Shown: positions 13,855 through 22,658, counted from the first letter of the stretch. The stretch: DNA of 46,309 nt from an uncultured Planctomycetales bacterium (GCA_964364455.1 CAYIMR010000002.1:35911-82219); one strand, 5' to 3'. Translations and numbers: made by a program. The notes: a model not told the origin generated them from the sequence alone.

Positions 13855-14698
13855 CAATCCAATAGGTGTTTTCGATTCCGGCTTGGGCGGGTTGACCGTG
13901 GTCAAGGAATTGATCCGGCAGCTGCCGCAAGAGAGCATCGTTTACTACGGCGATACCGCGCGCGTGCCTTACGGAACCAAGTCCAGGGAATCCATCATCC
14001 GCTTTTCCCATGAGAACACGCGGATCCTTTTAGAACGTGGCGTCAAAATGGTCGTTGTGGCGTGTAACACTTCTTCGAGTTACGCGCTTGTCCAATTGCG
14101 CAAGCATTTTCATTTACCGATCGTGGGCGTTATCGATCCCGGCGCGCGCAAGGCCGCGGAGGTGACGCGTAACCGAAAAGTGGGGGTCATCGCCACGCCG
14201 GCGACGGTCAACAGCCGTTCCTACGCCAAGGCCATTTTCCGTTACGACCGCGCGATTCAAGTGTCCAGCCAGGCGTGTCCTTTGTTCGTTCCATTGGTGG
14301 AGGAAGGCTGGCTGCGCAACCCCGTGACCACGGCCGTGGCCCGCGAATATTTGAAACCTTTACAAAAGACTGGTGTTGACACGCTGGTCTTGGGATGCAC
14401 GCATTATCCGTTGCTGAAAAGCGTTCTCAAAGACGTGATGGGAGCGAAGGTGGCCCTGATCGATTCCGCCACGGAGGTTGCCGCCGAGGTCAAACGTGTC
14501 TTGCAGGACAGACAACTATTGCGCCCGTCCGCCGTTAGGCTCCCTTCGGCCAAAGGCTCCCCGCGGGGAGGGAGCCTTTGGCCGCGGGGAGGAGGAAGAC
14601 GGGCGCAATACAGCTTTTTGATCAGCGACCGGCCGCAACAGTTCGAAAAAACGGCCAGGGAGTTTTTGGGGTACAATATCCGGGCGGTAAAAATCTAA
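13844..14698 (+). CDS. murI: glutamate racemase
   Basis: IGVFDSGLGGLTV, VVACNTSS and LGCTHYPLL. It contains the same 39-nt palindrome at 14547-14585. Confidence 0.93.
   Translation: MGNNNPIGVFDSGLGGLTVVKELIRQLPQESIVYYGDTARVPYGTKSRESIIRFSHENTRILLERGVKMVVVACNTSSSYALVQLRKHFHLPIVGVIDPGARKAAEVTRNRKVGVIATPATVNSRSYAKAIFRYDRAIQVSSQACPLFVPLVEEGWLRNPVTTAVAREYLKPLQKTGVDTLVLGCTHYPLLKSVLKDVMGAKVALIDSATEVAAEVKRVLQDRQLLRPSAVRLPSAKGSPRGGSLWPRGGGRRAQYSFLISDRPQQFEKTAREFLGYNIRAVKI
14547..14585. repeat. family-B 39-nt hairpin element in frame inside murI
   Basis: Identical 39 nt on the same strand, but read in a different frame as SAKGSPRGGSLWPR. Confidence 0.9.
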
Positions 14699-14704
14699 AT
14701 TGTT

Positions 14705-14772
14705 ACGTCGCTCGTCGTCCGTATCTCGTATTTCGTTACGAGATACGAGATACGAGCGACGAAATACGAAAT
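14705..14772. repeat. heptamer-word hairpin (ACGANNN words) between murI and queD
   Basis: Hand pairing of 14705-14736 with 14738-14772 gives about 25 bp with 1-2 mismatches or wobbles. Confidence 0.85.
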
Positions 14773-14773
14773 C

Positions 14774-15136
14774 ATGTTTGAGCTTTCCGTCAAAAGTCAT
14801 ATCGCCTCGGCCCATTTTCTAACAGGATACCAGGGCCGGTGCAAGGACCTGCACGGCCACACCTGGCACATCGAGGCCGTGATCGCCGGCGAAGAGCTGG
14901 ACAGAATCGGCATGGTGGCGGATTTCGCAGGTCTTAAGAAACAATTGAACGAATTCTTGATGCCCCTCGACCACGTGTGTCTGAATGATCTGGAGTATTT
15001 CAAGCGCAACAATCCGACGACTGAAAATATTGCCCAGTATGTCTACCAGAATTTTGCCAAGGTGATCGCTCCGTTGCAGATCAAAAGGGTCCAGGTGTGG
15101 GAATCGGAAACATCGAGTGTGGTGTATTACGAGTAA
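14774..15136 (+). CDS. queD: 6-carboxy-5,6,7,8-tetrahydropterin synthase
   Basis: SAHFL..CKDLHGHTW..GMVADFAGLK..LDHVCLND..NPTTENI matches the QueD/PTPS family pattern. Confidence 0.9.
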   Translation: MFELSVKSHIASAHFLTGYQGRCKDLHGHTWHIEAVIAGEELDRIGMVADFAGLKKQLNEFLMPLDHVCLNDLEYFKRNNPTTENIAQYVYQNFAKVIAPLQIKRVQVWESETSSVVYYE

Positions 15137-15197
15137 GTCACAAGGTCACAATGCCACCAAGTCACCTGTTTGACTTGTGACCTGGTGACCTGGTGAC
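15137..15197. repeat. heptamer-word hairpin (GTCACNN words) between queD and queC
   Basis: CAAGTCA-n6-TGACTTG core, with GGTCAC/GTGACC outer pairs. Confidence 0.8.
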
Positions 15198-15201
15198 TAA
15201 G

Positions 15202-15861
15202 ATGAAAAAAGCAATTGTGCTTCTCTCCGGCGGGCTGGATTCGAGTACGATCCTTTATTACGCCAAGGCCAGGGGATTTCAGCCGTCTTGTCTGATCTTC
15301 GATTACGGGCAGCGCCACCGCGTGGAACTAAAAAGGGCGGCGGCAATCGCGCGGCAGGCGGGGTGCCCGTACCGGATCGTGACGATCCGTCTGCCGTGGG
15401 GCGGGTCGGCGCTTTTGGACAAAAGGATCGGCTTGCCGAAACGGAAGGCGATCGATCCCCGGGAGATCCCCGTCACGTACGTGCCGTCGCGCAACATCAT
15501 CTTTTTAAGTTTCGCGGCGTCTTTCGCGGAAGCGATCGGCGCCCGGTCGATCTTTATCGGCGCCAACGCGATCGATTACTCCGGGTACCCGGATTGCCGG
15601 CCGGAATTTTTTCGCGCGTTCCAGCAGGCGCTGGACCGGGGGCTCAGATCCGGCGTTTCGAACAAGACGATTAAAATTTACGCGCCGCTTCTTCGCAAAA
15701 CCAAGGCGCAGATCATTCAAACGGGGTTGAAGTTGAAAGTCCCGTACGGCCGAACGTGGTCGTGCTACAGTGGCGGGCGCCGGCCTTGCGGCGTTTGCGA
15801 CAGTTGCCTCTTACGCCGCCGGGGATTTGAAGAGGCGGGCGTGGCAGATCCGCTAACTTAG
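15202..15861 (+). CDS. queC: 7-cyano-7-deazaguanine synthase
   Basis: KKAIVLLSGGLDSST, FDYGQRH and a C-terminal CGVCDSC zinc site. The track start GTG 15193 lies in the GTGAC array, so ATG 15202 is preferred. Confidence 0.93.
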   Translation: MKKAIVLLSGGLDSSTILYYAKARGFQPSCLIFDYGQRHRVELKRAAAIARQAGCPYRIVTIRLPWGGSALLDKRIGLPKRKAIDPREIPVTYVPSRNIIFLSFAASFAEAIGARSIFIGANAIDYSGYPDCRPEFFRAFQQALDRGLRSGVSNKTIKIYAPLLRKTKAQIIQTGLKLKVPYGRTWSCYSGGRRPCGVCDSCLLRRRGFEEAGVADPLT

Positions 15862-15869
15862 GTTGCAAT

Positions 15870-15922
15870 GTCACAAAGTTACTCGTCACGCGGGTGACCT
15901 GGCGACCTTGTGTCTTGGTGAC
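15870..15922. repeat. heptamer-word hairpin (GTCAC words) between queC and queE
   Basis: GTCACAAAGTTACTCGTCAC, loop gcgg, then GTGACCTGGCGACCTTGTGTCTTGGTGAC. Confidence 0.8.
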
Positions 15923-15929
15923 TTTGAAT

Positions 15930-16619
15930 ATGAAAGCTAAAATTTCCGAAATATTCCACTCCATCCAGGGCGAAGGCAAGTACACCGGCCGGGAGCAGGT
16001 GTTCGTGCGGTTCTTTGAGTGCAACATGCACTGCGTCTGGTGCGACACGCCCAATACCATCGGCGACACGACCCGCCATTACAAAGAGTACAGCCTTGAG
16101 GAATTGCTCTCCGAGGTGAGAGGCCTGTGGCCGGGCTGCCATTCGGTGAGCTTAACCGGCGGCGAGCCGCTGATGCAGAAGGATTTTATCAAAAAGCTTT
16201 TGCCGTCTTTAAAAAAAGAAGGGATGCGTTCCTGCCTGGAGACCAACGGGATCCTTGACCGGCACCTCGCCGAGATCATCGATGACGCGGATATTATCGC
16301 GATGGATTTCAAATTGCCCAGTTCGACCAAATGCCGGCCGTACTGGGAAGAACACGCGGCGTTCTTGCGGATCGCCCGGCAAAAAGAGGTTTTTATCAAG
16401 GCGGTCATCTCCAGCGACACGGACAAAGAGGATATCGCGCGTTCCGTGGAGCTGGTTGCGGGGATCGACCCGAACATTCTTTTTATCCTGCAGCCAAATT
16501 ATTTCGAGCGGCAAAACGGCGCCCTGGACCGCTGTCTGGATTATCAGGATTATTGCCGGCAATATCTCACCGACGTCAAAGTGATGTCGCAGATGCATAA
16601 GATGTGGAAAATTCGATGA
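15930..16619 (+). CDS. queE: 7-carboxy-7-deazaguanine synthase (radical SAM)
   Basis: ISEIFHSIQGEGKYTG and CNMHCVWCDT (CxxxCxxC). The track start at 15894 lies in the repeat array, so ATG 15930 is preferred. Confidence 0.9.
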   Translation: MKAKISEIFHSIQGEGKYTGREQVFVRFFECNMHCVWCDTPNTIGDTTRHYKEYSLEELLSEVRGLWPGCHSVSLTGGEPLMQKDFIKKLLPSLKKEGMRSCLETNGILDRHLAEIIDDADIIAMDFKLPSSTKCRPYWEEHAAFLRIARQKEVFIKAVISSDTDKEDIARSVELVAGIDPNILFILQPNYFERQNGALDRCLDYQDYCRQYLTDVKVMSQMHKMWKIR

Positions 16620-16698
16620 GTCACAAGGTCACAACGTCACCAGGTTACGCGGGTGACAGGTGACAGGTGACAGGTGACAGGTGACGTGGTGACCTGGT
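16620..16698. repeat. heptamer-word hairpin between queE and queF, with five perfect GTGACAG units
   Basis: GTCACAAGGTCACAACGTCACCAGGTTAC, loop gcgg, then (GTGACAG)x5 GTGACGTGGTGACCTGGT. Confidence 0.85.
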
Positions 16699-16721
16699 AA
16701 TAGTTAAAGAAGGATAAAATA

Positions 16722-17153
16722 ATGAAGAGAATAAAAAGTTCTTACGAAGACCTGCAAAATAATATCCGCGCGCTCAAGACACCGGAGATCGAGGTTTGGG
16801 AAAATAAATATCCCGACAGAGATTACACCGTGCAGCTGTCTATCCCCGAATGTACCTGCATTTGCCCCAAAACGGGCCTGCCGGATTTTGTGACGATCCA
16901 CGTGACCTACGGCCCTGATAAAACGTGCGTGGAGCTAAAGTCATTGAAGATGTACATTATCGCGTTTCGGAACGTGGGAATTTTCCACGAGCATCTGGTC
17001 AATAAGGTCCTTGATGATCTCGTCGCCGCCTGTCGTCCGCGCTGGGCGAAGGTTGAGGCGACTGTGAACCCACGCGGTGGCATTACGACGACGGTGACTG
17101 CCGAATATCGGAGAAAACGAAGTAGTCGCGAAGAGGGGATTTCATATGCCTAG
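16722..17153 (+). CDS. queF: NADPH-dependent 7-cyano-7-deazaguanine reductase (type I)
   Basis: CPKTGLPDF...[21 protein letters not shown]...NPRGGI closely matches the unimodular QueF pattern. Confidence 0.9.
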   Translation: MKRIKSSYEDLQNNIRALKTPEIEVWENKYPDRDYTVQLSIPECTCICPKTGLPDFVTIHVTYGPDKTCVELKSLKMYIIAFRNVGIFHEHLVNKVLDDLVAACRPRWAKVEATVNPRGGITTTVTAEYRRKRSSREEGISYA

Positions 17154-17865
17154 AACCGACGGCCGCAACCCGGATCAACTGCGTAAAATTAAAATTATTA
17201 AAAACTTCGTCAAGCACGCCGAAGGGTCGTGCTTGATCGAATGCGGTTTGACGCGGGTTATTTGCACGGCGAGCGTTGAGGAAAACGTCCCGCCTTTTTT
17301 AAAAGGCAAAGGCACCGGCTGGGTGACCGCCGAATACGGCATGCTGCCGCGCTCCACGGACACGCGGATGAGGCGGGAAAAAATACTCACCTCCGGACGG
17401 ACGCTGGAGATCCAGCGCCTGATAGGAAGGTCTTTGCGTGGCGTCGTTGATCTGAAACAACTGGGCGAGCGCACCGTTAAGATCGATTGCGACGTCATCC
17501 AGGCCGACGGGGGAACGCGCACGGCATCGATCACCGGCGGGTTTATCGCCCTGGCCCTGGCGCTTGGCAAAATTAAGAAACAAAATTTGATCGACCGCGT
17601 GCCCTTAACGGATTACGTGGCCGCCGTCAGCGTCGGCATTTATAAAGGACAACCGCTTCTTGATCTCAATTATGAGGAGGATTCTCGCGCGGACATGGAC
17701 ATGAATGTGGTGATGGTCGGCAGCGGAAAATTCGTGGAAGTGCAGGGTACCGCCGAGAAGAGGCCTTTTTCCAAAAATGAAATGGATCGGCTGCTGGATT
17801 TGGCGGGAAAGGGCATTCGGCAGTTAATCGAGATTCAAAGAAAGCATGTCGGGAAGATTGGTTAA
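17146..17865 (+). CDS. rph: ribonuclease PH
   Basis: [35 protein letters not shown] and [18 protein letters not shown]. Confidence 0.95.
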   Translation: MPRTDGRNPDQLRKIKIIKNFVKHAEGSCLIECGLTRVICTASVEENVPPFLKGKGTGWVTAEYGMLPRSTDTRMRREKILTSGRTLEIQRLIGRSLRGVVDLKQLGERTVKIDCDVIQADGGTRTASITGGFIALALALGKIKKQNLIDRVPLTDYVAAVSVGIYKGQPLLDLNYEEDSRADMDMNVVMVGSGKFVEVQGTAEKRPFSKNEMDRLLDLAGKGIRQLIEIQRKHVGKIG

Positions 17866-17943
17866 TAGTAAATGGTGAATGGTGAAAAATCAGGCCCGAA
17901 CCATCAGCCATTAACTACTAACCGTTTACCACGCACCATTTAC
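17866..17943. repeat. heptamer-word inverted array (AATGGTG words) between rph and rdgB
   Basis: GTAAATGGTG (17868-17877) is perfectly complementary to CACCATTTAC (17934-17943). Confidence 0.7.
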
Positions 17944-17952
17944 ATTCTGCTA

Positions 17953-18591
17953 ATGACTGAACTTATCATCGCCACCACCAATCCCGGCAAGCTGCGGGAG
18001 ATCAGGGAACTCCTCAAAGATTTGGATCTTGAGATCACTTCCTTATCCGATTATCCGGGCGCGCCAAAGGTCGAGGAAGATGGCAAGAATTTCGCCCAGA
18101 ACGCGCTCAAGAAAGCGGCTACCATCGCTTTGTACACGGGCAAACTCACCCTGGGAGAAGATTCGGGATTGGAAGTAAGGGCATTAGGAAATAAACCGGG
18201 AATTTATTCAGCCCGTTTTTCTCTGCCCAAGGCCAATAAATCCTCGGGCAGAGCCTGCTCGGCCGGGGCAAACGCGGTGGATAAAAGAAATAACGCCAAA
18301 TTGCTGCGGTCGCTTCGCGGCGTGTCTTTTAAAAAACGCCAGGCGCGTTACCGCTGTTTCGCCGCCCTGGTGGACGGTCAGCGCATCATCGACGTCGTGA
18401 GCGGCTCCTGCGCCGGGCTTATCGCGCTTCGCGGCCGCGGCAAAAACGGCTTCGGATACGATCCGCTGTTTTTCCTTCCGCGATACAACAAAACTTTCGG
18501 AGAGCTGGACCCGGCCATCAAAGCCAGGATCAGCCATCGGGCGAGAGCATTAAGCAAAGTAAAGAAAGTGTTAAAGAAATACATCGGATAG
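17953..18591 (+). CDS. rdgB: dITP/XTP pyrophosphatase (Ham1/RdgB family)
   Basis: LIIATTNPGKLREI, EDSGLEV and FGYDPLF..ISHRARAL. The track start at 17872 lies in the repeat array, so ATG 17953 is preferred. Confidence 0.9.
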   Translation: MTELIIATTNPGKLREIRELLKDLDLEITSLSDYPGAPKVEEDGKNFAQNALKKAATIALYTGKLTLGEDSGLEVRALGNKPGIYSARFSLPKANKSSGRACSAGANAVDKRNNAKLLRSLRGVSFKKRQARYRCFAALVDGQRIIDVVSGSCAGLIALRGRGKNGFGYDPLFFLPRYNKTFGELDPAIKARISHRARALSKVKKVLKKYIG

Positions 18592-18594
18592 TTG

Positions 18595-18656
18595 GTATCT
18601 CGTATCTCGTCGCTCGTATCTCGCACGAAATACGGTATACGAGATACGAAATACGA
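18595..18656. repeat. heptamer-word hairpin (ACGANNN words) between the convergent rdgB and AsmA-like genes
   Basis: GTATCTCGTATCTCGTCGCTCGTATCTCG pairs with CGAAATACGGTATACGAGATACGAAATACGA. Confidence 0.8.
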
Positions 18657-21600
18657 TTAAAAGATTCCCTTCAATATCGTCCCAATCCCCTCCTTCAACC
18701 CATCCTTGAGGATATCCGTCGTTTTTTCCAGGATATTGAAGGGAAGGGTCTGGACTTTGTACTGCGGATTGCGCAGGGTTCCGGTGAGCTTTATGGAAAC
18801 ATAATCTCCCTGGGACAGCAAAAGCGAAGGGATCTTTTTAAGCGACCTGGATTCGGCGGCGACCAGTTCCCCGAAGGTCGGCGCGATGTCGAAGTTGATG
18901 TTCCCCTCAAGGTTGATCCATCCTTGTCCTTTAAGACTGATGCTGCTGCTGTTCATCGTGGCGTCAGCGGTCGTGATCTTCCCGTCGGCCATGGTAAAAT
19001 TTGCCTGCCCGTCGGTAAAGACGACGTCCTTGAATTCCGGGATGAGCAGCACATCCGGAAGACCATCCAGGATGTTCCAGCGAAAAAGATGTCCTTTTGT
19101 GACGGACAACGAGCCGTCGCCTTTCCAGCGCGTTGGGTTTTGGGGATCACCGCTTAGATTAACCAGCGCGGAAAGACGTCCGGCCAGGAATTCGTTCTTC
19201 GGCAGGTTACTCTCTCGTAAAACGGCCAGGTCCATGCCTTCCAGTGATCCGGTCAACCGCGCGATGGGCTCATCCTGCGCCAGGTCCATCGAAGAAATGA
19301 GGTTGAGGTTGCCGTTATAGGCGCGGCCCGTGAGGTTGCACTTGCTGATGTGCCGGTCGCGCTGCGCGTATTCGATGGCCCCGTCATCGAGGTGAAACCT
19401 GTTGAGGGATACCGTCGGCGCGCGGGCGGTAAACGTCAGGTCCCAGTCCTGCCAGTTTTTCGGCCTTCCTTTAAACAGGCCTTCACCGGAGAACGTGCCG
19501 ACGGGCTGGAGTTTCACGAGACGGTCTTTAAGCGCGGACGGGAAGGCGCTTAAGTCCTCGAGGCTCAAGGTGAACGTTCCGCGGATGTCCATATCCGGCT
19601 CGTTTCCTTCCAGCAGGTGCACGTCGCCCCTGATGTCCAGCGAGCTGTTGAAATATTTTCCCGTCAGGAAAATAATTTGAAAGGCCTGGTTGAGGATCTT
19701 GAATTGGGCTGAGGCGTTGAGATCTCGCGAGGCCACCTGGAGGTCCACGACCGGCCGCGAAAAATCAGCGAACTGGCCGTTGAGGGTGTATTGGTTTTTT
19801 TGGTAAAGGCCCTGGAGATTTTTCCAGACGACCAGATCTTTTTGATAGGCGATCTCACCGGAAATATTCGTGATATCCCCTGAAATTTTTGGGCTGGCGA
19901 TCGCCGCGTTTTGGAATTTGGCGTTGAACCGGACGTCCGCGGCGGCGGGGTTCTGGACGTCTCCGATGTAAGAGGCCGCGGCGGCGGCCGTTCCGGCAGG
20001 GGCGATGTTCGTTTTTTCCGTCAGAACCGGAAAGGCCGTGAACAGTTTTTGCAGGTCAAGGTTGTCGGTTTTCGCCCGGACGTTCAAAACGGGCCTGGAA
20101 AAGTTGATCAAGGATCCGGAGAGCAGGATATCGGTTCCCTGCGTCTGAAAAGTGAACTGGCCGCTGGCAAGCCGGTTGGTCTCGATCTGGACCGTCCCGC
20201 GTATTTTCTCAACCGACCGGAGGTATGGGACATTTTTGAGGACCGCGTCGGTAAAATGCAATTCGCCGAAGTAGAGGTATTTATTGTCCTGGCCGTTGGG
20301 GTCGTATTGACAGGTCAAGTTCCCGTCGGGGTGCCCTTCCAGGGCGATCTGCGGCGTCAATTGCAGATGAGCATTCTTGAAATCCAGGTCTGACTTGACC
20401 TCGCAACCGTCTTGTTCACAGACCAATAAGGTCTGTGAACTTTTGAAGTCCGCCTGCAGGTATCTATCCGGGCCCCAATCCATACGCGCGCCGGATAATT
20501 GCAGGTCGCTTAAGATGCCGAGCTTTCCTTTGTCGAACGCGAACTTTGTTTTTTGCGTCGTCAGATCCCCGCGCAGTTTATAGTCAACGGAAAACGCCGC
20601 ATCCATCTCGTTGATGTTCAGGGCCGCTTCCAGGCGGATGCCACGCTCATCGTTACGCATGACAAAGTTGTCGGCCCGCAAGGCATGTGCGCGGATACCT
20701 TTGTTTTCCCCCGTGACCACGCGCGTTTCTTCCAGGATGAGGCTGCCATGGGCGGACATTCCCTGGGGAGCAATATCCAGCGATTTTATCTCGGCGCTTA
20801 TCTTGCCATTGACCGAACGTCCTTGCGCGAACGTGATAAAAGTTGAGTCAGATTCCAGATGCCCGCTGGCCGTCCAGCGCCCGTCCTGGCGGGTCAGGGA
20901 AACGCCGGTTGCCCGCGCCGAAGTGACGATCCTTTTCTCCCCCGCAAGCTCCACGTCCATCTTGTCGATGGTCACGCCGCCCTGGGCCTGCAGCCCGTCG
21001 CGTTCCCAATTCAGGTTCAAATCCAGCGCGGTGACGATACCGTCTTGAAAATGGATATCCTGCGGCAGGGGAATAAGGGACAAATATTGGGCCAGCGCGA
21101 TACGCTCCGCCATGACGCGGGTGGAAAGCTTGCGCGATTCGAGGTAATAATTCCCTTTGATGTTGATGGTGGCCTCCCTGCGAGGGATTTTACCTCCCAG
21201 GGTAAAGCGGACGATCTTGTTGAGCGAGAACCGGGCGTCGAGCTCGATGCCGCTGATGACCTCATGAAAATTTTCCGGTACGGTCCGGTCGGTGTAGGCG
21301 ATCTCACCGTCTTTGACGATGATTTTGCGCGGGGCGATGATCCAGGAGCTTTTGGTTTTGCCGGAGGTTGAAGATTTGTGGTCCTCCAGCCCCGCCAACG
21401 GCGGGGCCAGCAGATCGGAGAAATTCCATCGGGTCGTTTCTTCACGCGTGATCTGCGCGAACGGGCCGCTCACGCGTATCGACGGGATCAGGATGATCTT
21501 TTTCTGGAATACCGGCGCCAGCAGAACATGGAAGGTGACCTCATCGGCCTGCAGAAAGACGCGCGCGGGATCGTCTTTCTGGTAGACGGTCAAGTTACGC

Positions 21601-21794
21601 ACGACAAATCCACTCAAGGGGCTGAAGTGGATTTTATCGATGGTAACATTGCGGTGGAGATATTCCCGCGCCCGGGCGATGACGAAGCGCTTGAACTGCA
21701 CGGGTAAAAAGATGTTCTGAATATAGAAATAAAGAAAATAGGAGAGGATAAAGATCGTCAGGAGAGCATAAACAGTCTTGCGCGTCCAGTGCAT
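18657..21794 (-). CDS. AsmA-family (AsmA/TamB-like) envelope protein
   Basis: One N-terminal TM helix (YALLTIFILSYFLYFYI) is followed by about 1000 aa of beta-rich repetitive sequence typical of AsmA-like proteins. ATG 21794 (MHWTRKT) is preferred over the TTG at 21878. Confidence 0.7.
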   Translation of the reverse strand: MHWTRKTVYALLTIFILSYFLYFYIQNIFLPVQFKRFVIARAREYLHRNVTIDKIHFSPLSGFVVRNLTVYQKDDPARVFLQADEVTFHVLLAPVFQKKIILIPSIRVSGPFAQITREETTRWNFSDLLAPPLAGLEDHKSSTSGKTKSSWIIAPRKIIVKDGEIAYTDRTVPENFHEVISGIELDARFSLNKIVRFTLGGKIPRREATINIKGNYYLESRKLSTRVMAERIALAQYLSLIPLPQDIHFQDGIVTALDLNLNWERDGLQAQGGVTIDKMDVELAGEKRIVTSARATGVSLTRQDGRWTASGHLESDSTFITFAQGRSVNGKISAEIKSLDIAPQGMSAHGSLILEETRVVTGENKGIRAHALRADNFVMRNDERGIRLEAALNINEMDAAFSVDYKLRGDLTTQKTKFAFDKGKLGILSDLQLSGARMDWGPDRYLQADFKSSQTLLVCEQDGCEVKSDLDFKNAHLQLTPQIALEGHPDGNLTCQYDPNGQDNKYLYFGELHFTDAVLKNVPYLRSVEKIRGTVQIETNRLASGQFTFQTQGTDILLSGSLINFSRPVLNVRAKTDNLDLQKLFTAFPVLTEKTNIAPAGTAAAAASYIGDVQNPAAADVRFNAKFQNAAIASPKISGDITNISGEIAYQKDLVVWKNLQGLYQKNQYTLNGQFADFSRPVVDLQVASRDLNASAQFKILNQAFQIIFLTGKYFNSSLDIRGDVHLLEGNEPDMDIRGTFTLSLEDLSAFPSALKDRLVKLQPVGTFSGEGLFKGRPKNWQDWDLTFTARAPTVSLNRFHLDDGAIEYAQRDRHISKCNLTGRAYNGNLNLISSMDLAQDEPIARLTGSLEGMDLAVLRESNLPKNEFLAGRLSALVNLSGDPQNPTRWKGDGSLSVTKGHLFRWNILDGLPDVLLIPEFKDVVFTDGQANFTMADGKITTADATMNSSSISLKGQGWINLEGNINFDIAPTFGELVAAESRSLKKIPSLLLSQGDYVSIKLTGTLRNPQYKVQTLPFNILEKTTDILKDGLKEGIGTILKGIF
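21386..21413. repeat. family-C GC-rich hairpin element inside the AsmA-like gene
   Basis: CCAGCCCCGCCAACGGCGGGGCCAGCAG, read from the opposite strand as LLAPPLAGL. Confidence 0.85.
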
Positions 21795-22044
21795 AGTAAT
21801 TGTATTATAACCAAGCGCAGGATGTGTTGCAAAGAAAAACCGAGGGGAATCAGGGGACGGCCATTGTTCTCTGGTCAATTTTCAATTTTTTATTTTGCCC
21901 GGCGGGATTCTTTCCTGTACACTGTTATTGATTTTCTCTCTACCACTAAAAAGTCCGCATGGTTTGGTGAGCATCGTTTCAGCGGCGGCTCAGTTCCGTC
22001 GTTGGGTGCGAGCTTGCAGAGTGCCTACACGGCTGAAAGACGAG

Positions 22045-22626
22045 ATGAGAAGACAACATGTTTCCTTGCTGTCGCGATCCCCGACGTTTGCCGCGATCGA
22101 CTTCGAGACCGCGGACTACGGGCGCGATAGCGCGTGTGCCGTCGCACTCGTACGAGTTGAAGGCGGGGCTATCATCGATCGTGCCTTCCACTACATTCGT
22201 CCTCCACGCAAGGACTTCGTGTTCTCGTATTTGCACGGCATCTCGTGGAGTGACGTGGTTGACGCCCCGACATTTCGGGAGTTGTGGCCATCTCTTCGCG
22301 AGGGGCTTGCCGGCGTGGAGTTTCTCGCGGCACATAATGCCAGTTTCGACCGCTCCGTTCTGAATACGTGTTGTGAACGGGCTCGTCTGAGCGCGCCCTC
22401 TCACGCGTTTCAATGCACTGTCCGGCTTGCCCGGACTGTCTGGAATATCTACCCGACGACGCTGCCTGACGTCTGTAGACGCCTGCGGATCCCCCTTCGT
22501 CACCATCATGCCGGGTCTGACGCTGAAGCGTGCGCGAGGATTGTCATCGCGGCTGCAAAGACAGGGGCTGCCGCCGCCAAGGCCGTTCCTCGACAGTCCG
22601 TGGGGGCACGCGATGAGGTATGCTGA
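22045..22626 (+). CDS. DEDDh 3'-5' exonuclease (DnaQ/epsilon-like)
   Basis: AIDFETA (Exo I), AHNASFD (Exo II) and HHAGSDAEA (Exo III, H-x4-D). The internal ATG 22045 is preferred over the 21895 start. Confidence 0.8.
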   Translation: MRRQHVSLLSRSPTFAAIDFETADYGRDSACAVALVRVEGGAIIDRAFHYIRPPRKDFVFSYLHGISWSDVVDAPTFRELWPSLREGLAGVEFLAAHNASFDRSVLNTCCERARLSAPSHAFQCTVRLARTVWNIYPTTLPDVCRRLRIPLRHHHAGSDAEACARIVIAAAKTGAAAAKAVPRQSVGARDEVC

Positions 22627-22658
22627 GACTACCTGGCCATTAAAATGGGAGTGTCTGC

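Noticed and set aside
14699-14773. A preQ1 riboswitch upstream of the que genes.
   Set aside because: The spacers upstream of queD, queC, queE and queF consist of the heptamer hairpins. I found no small hairpin followed by the A-rich ..AAAAAACUA.. tail characteristic of preQ1-I.
16653-16687. The tandem repeats (GTGACAG x5 and the other heptamer arrays) were considered as a possible CRISPR array.
   Set aside because: The period is 7 nt with no unique spacers. The arrays are only 30-50 nt long and are paired with a complementary arm. No cas genes are present in the window.
21895-22626. The exonuclease gene as a horizontally acquired, higher-G+C segment.
   Set aside because: It looks somewhat more GC-rich by eye and has a long antisense ORF. 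I could not quantify the difference, and there are no flanking repeats or mobility genes, so the evidence is insufficient.
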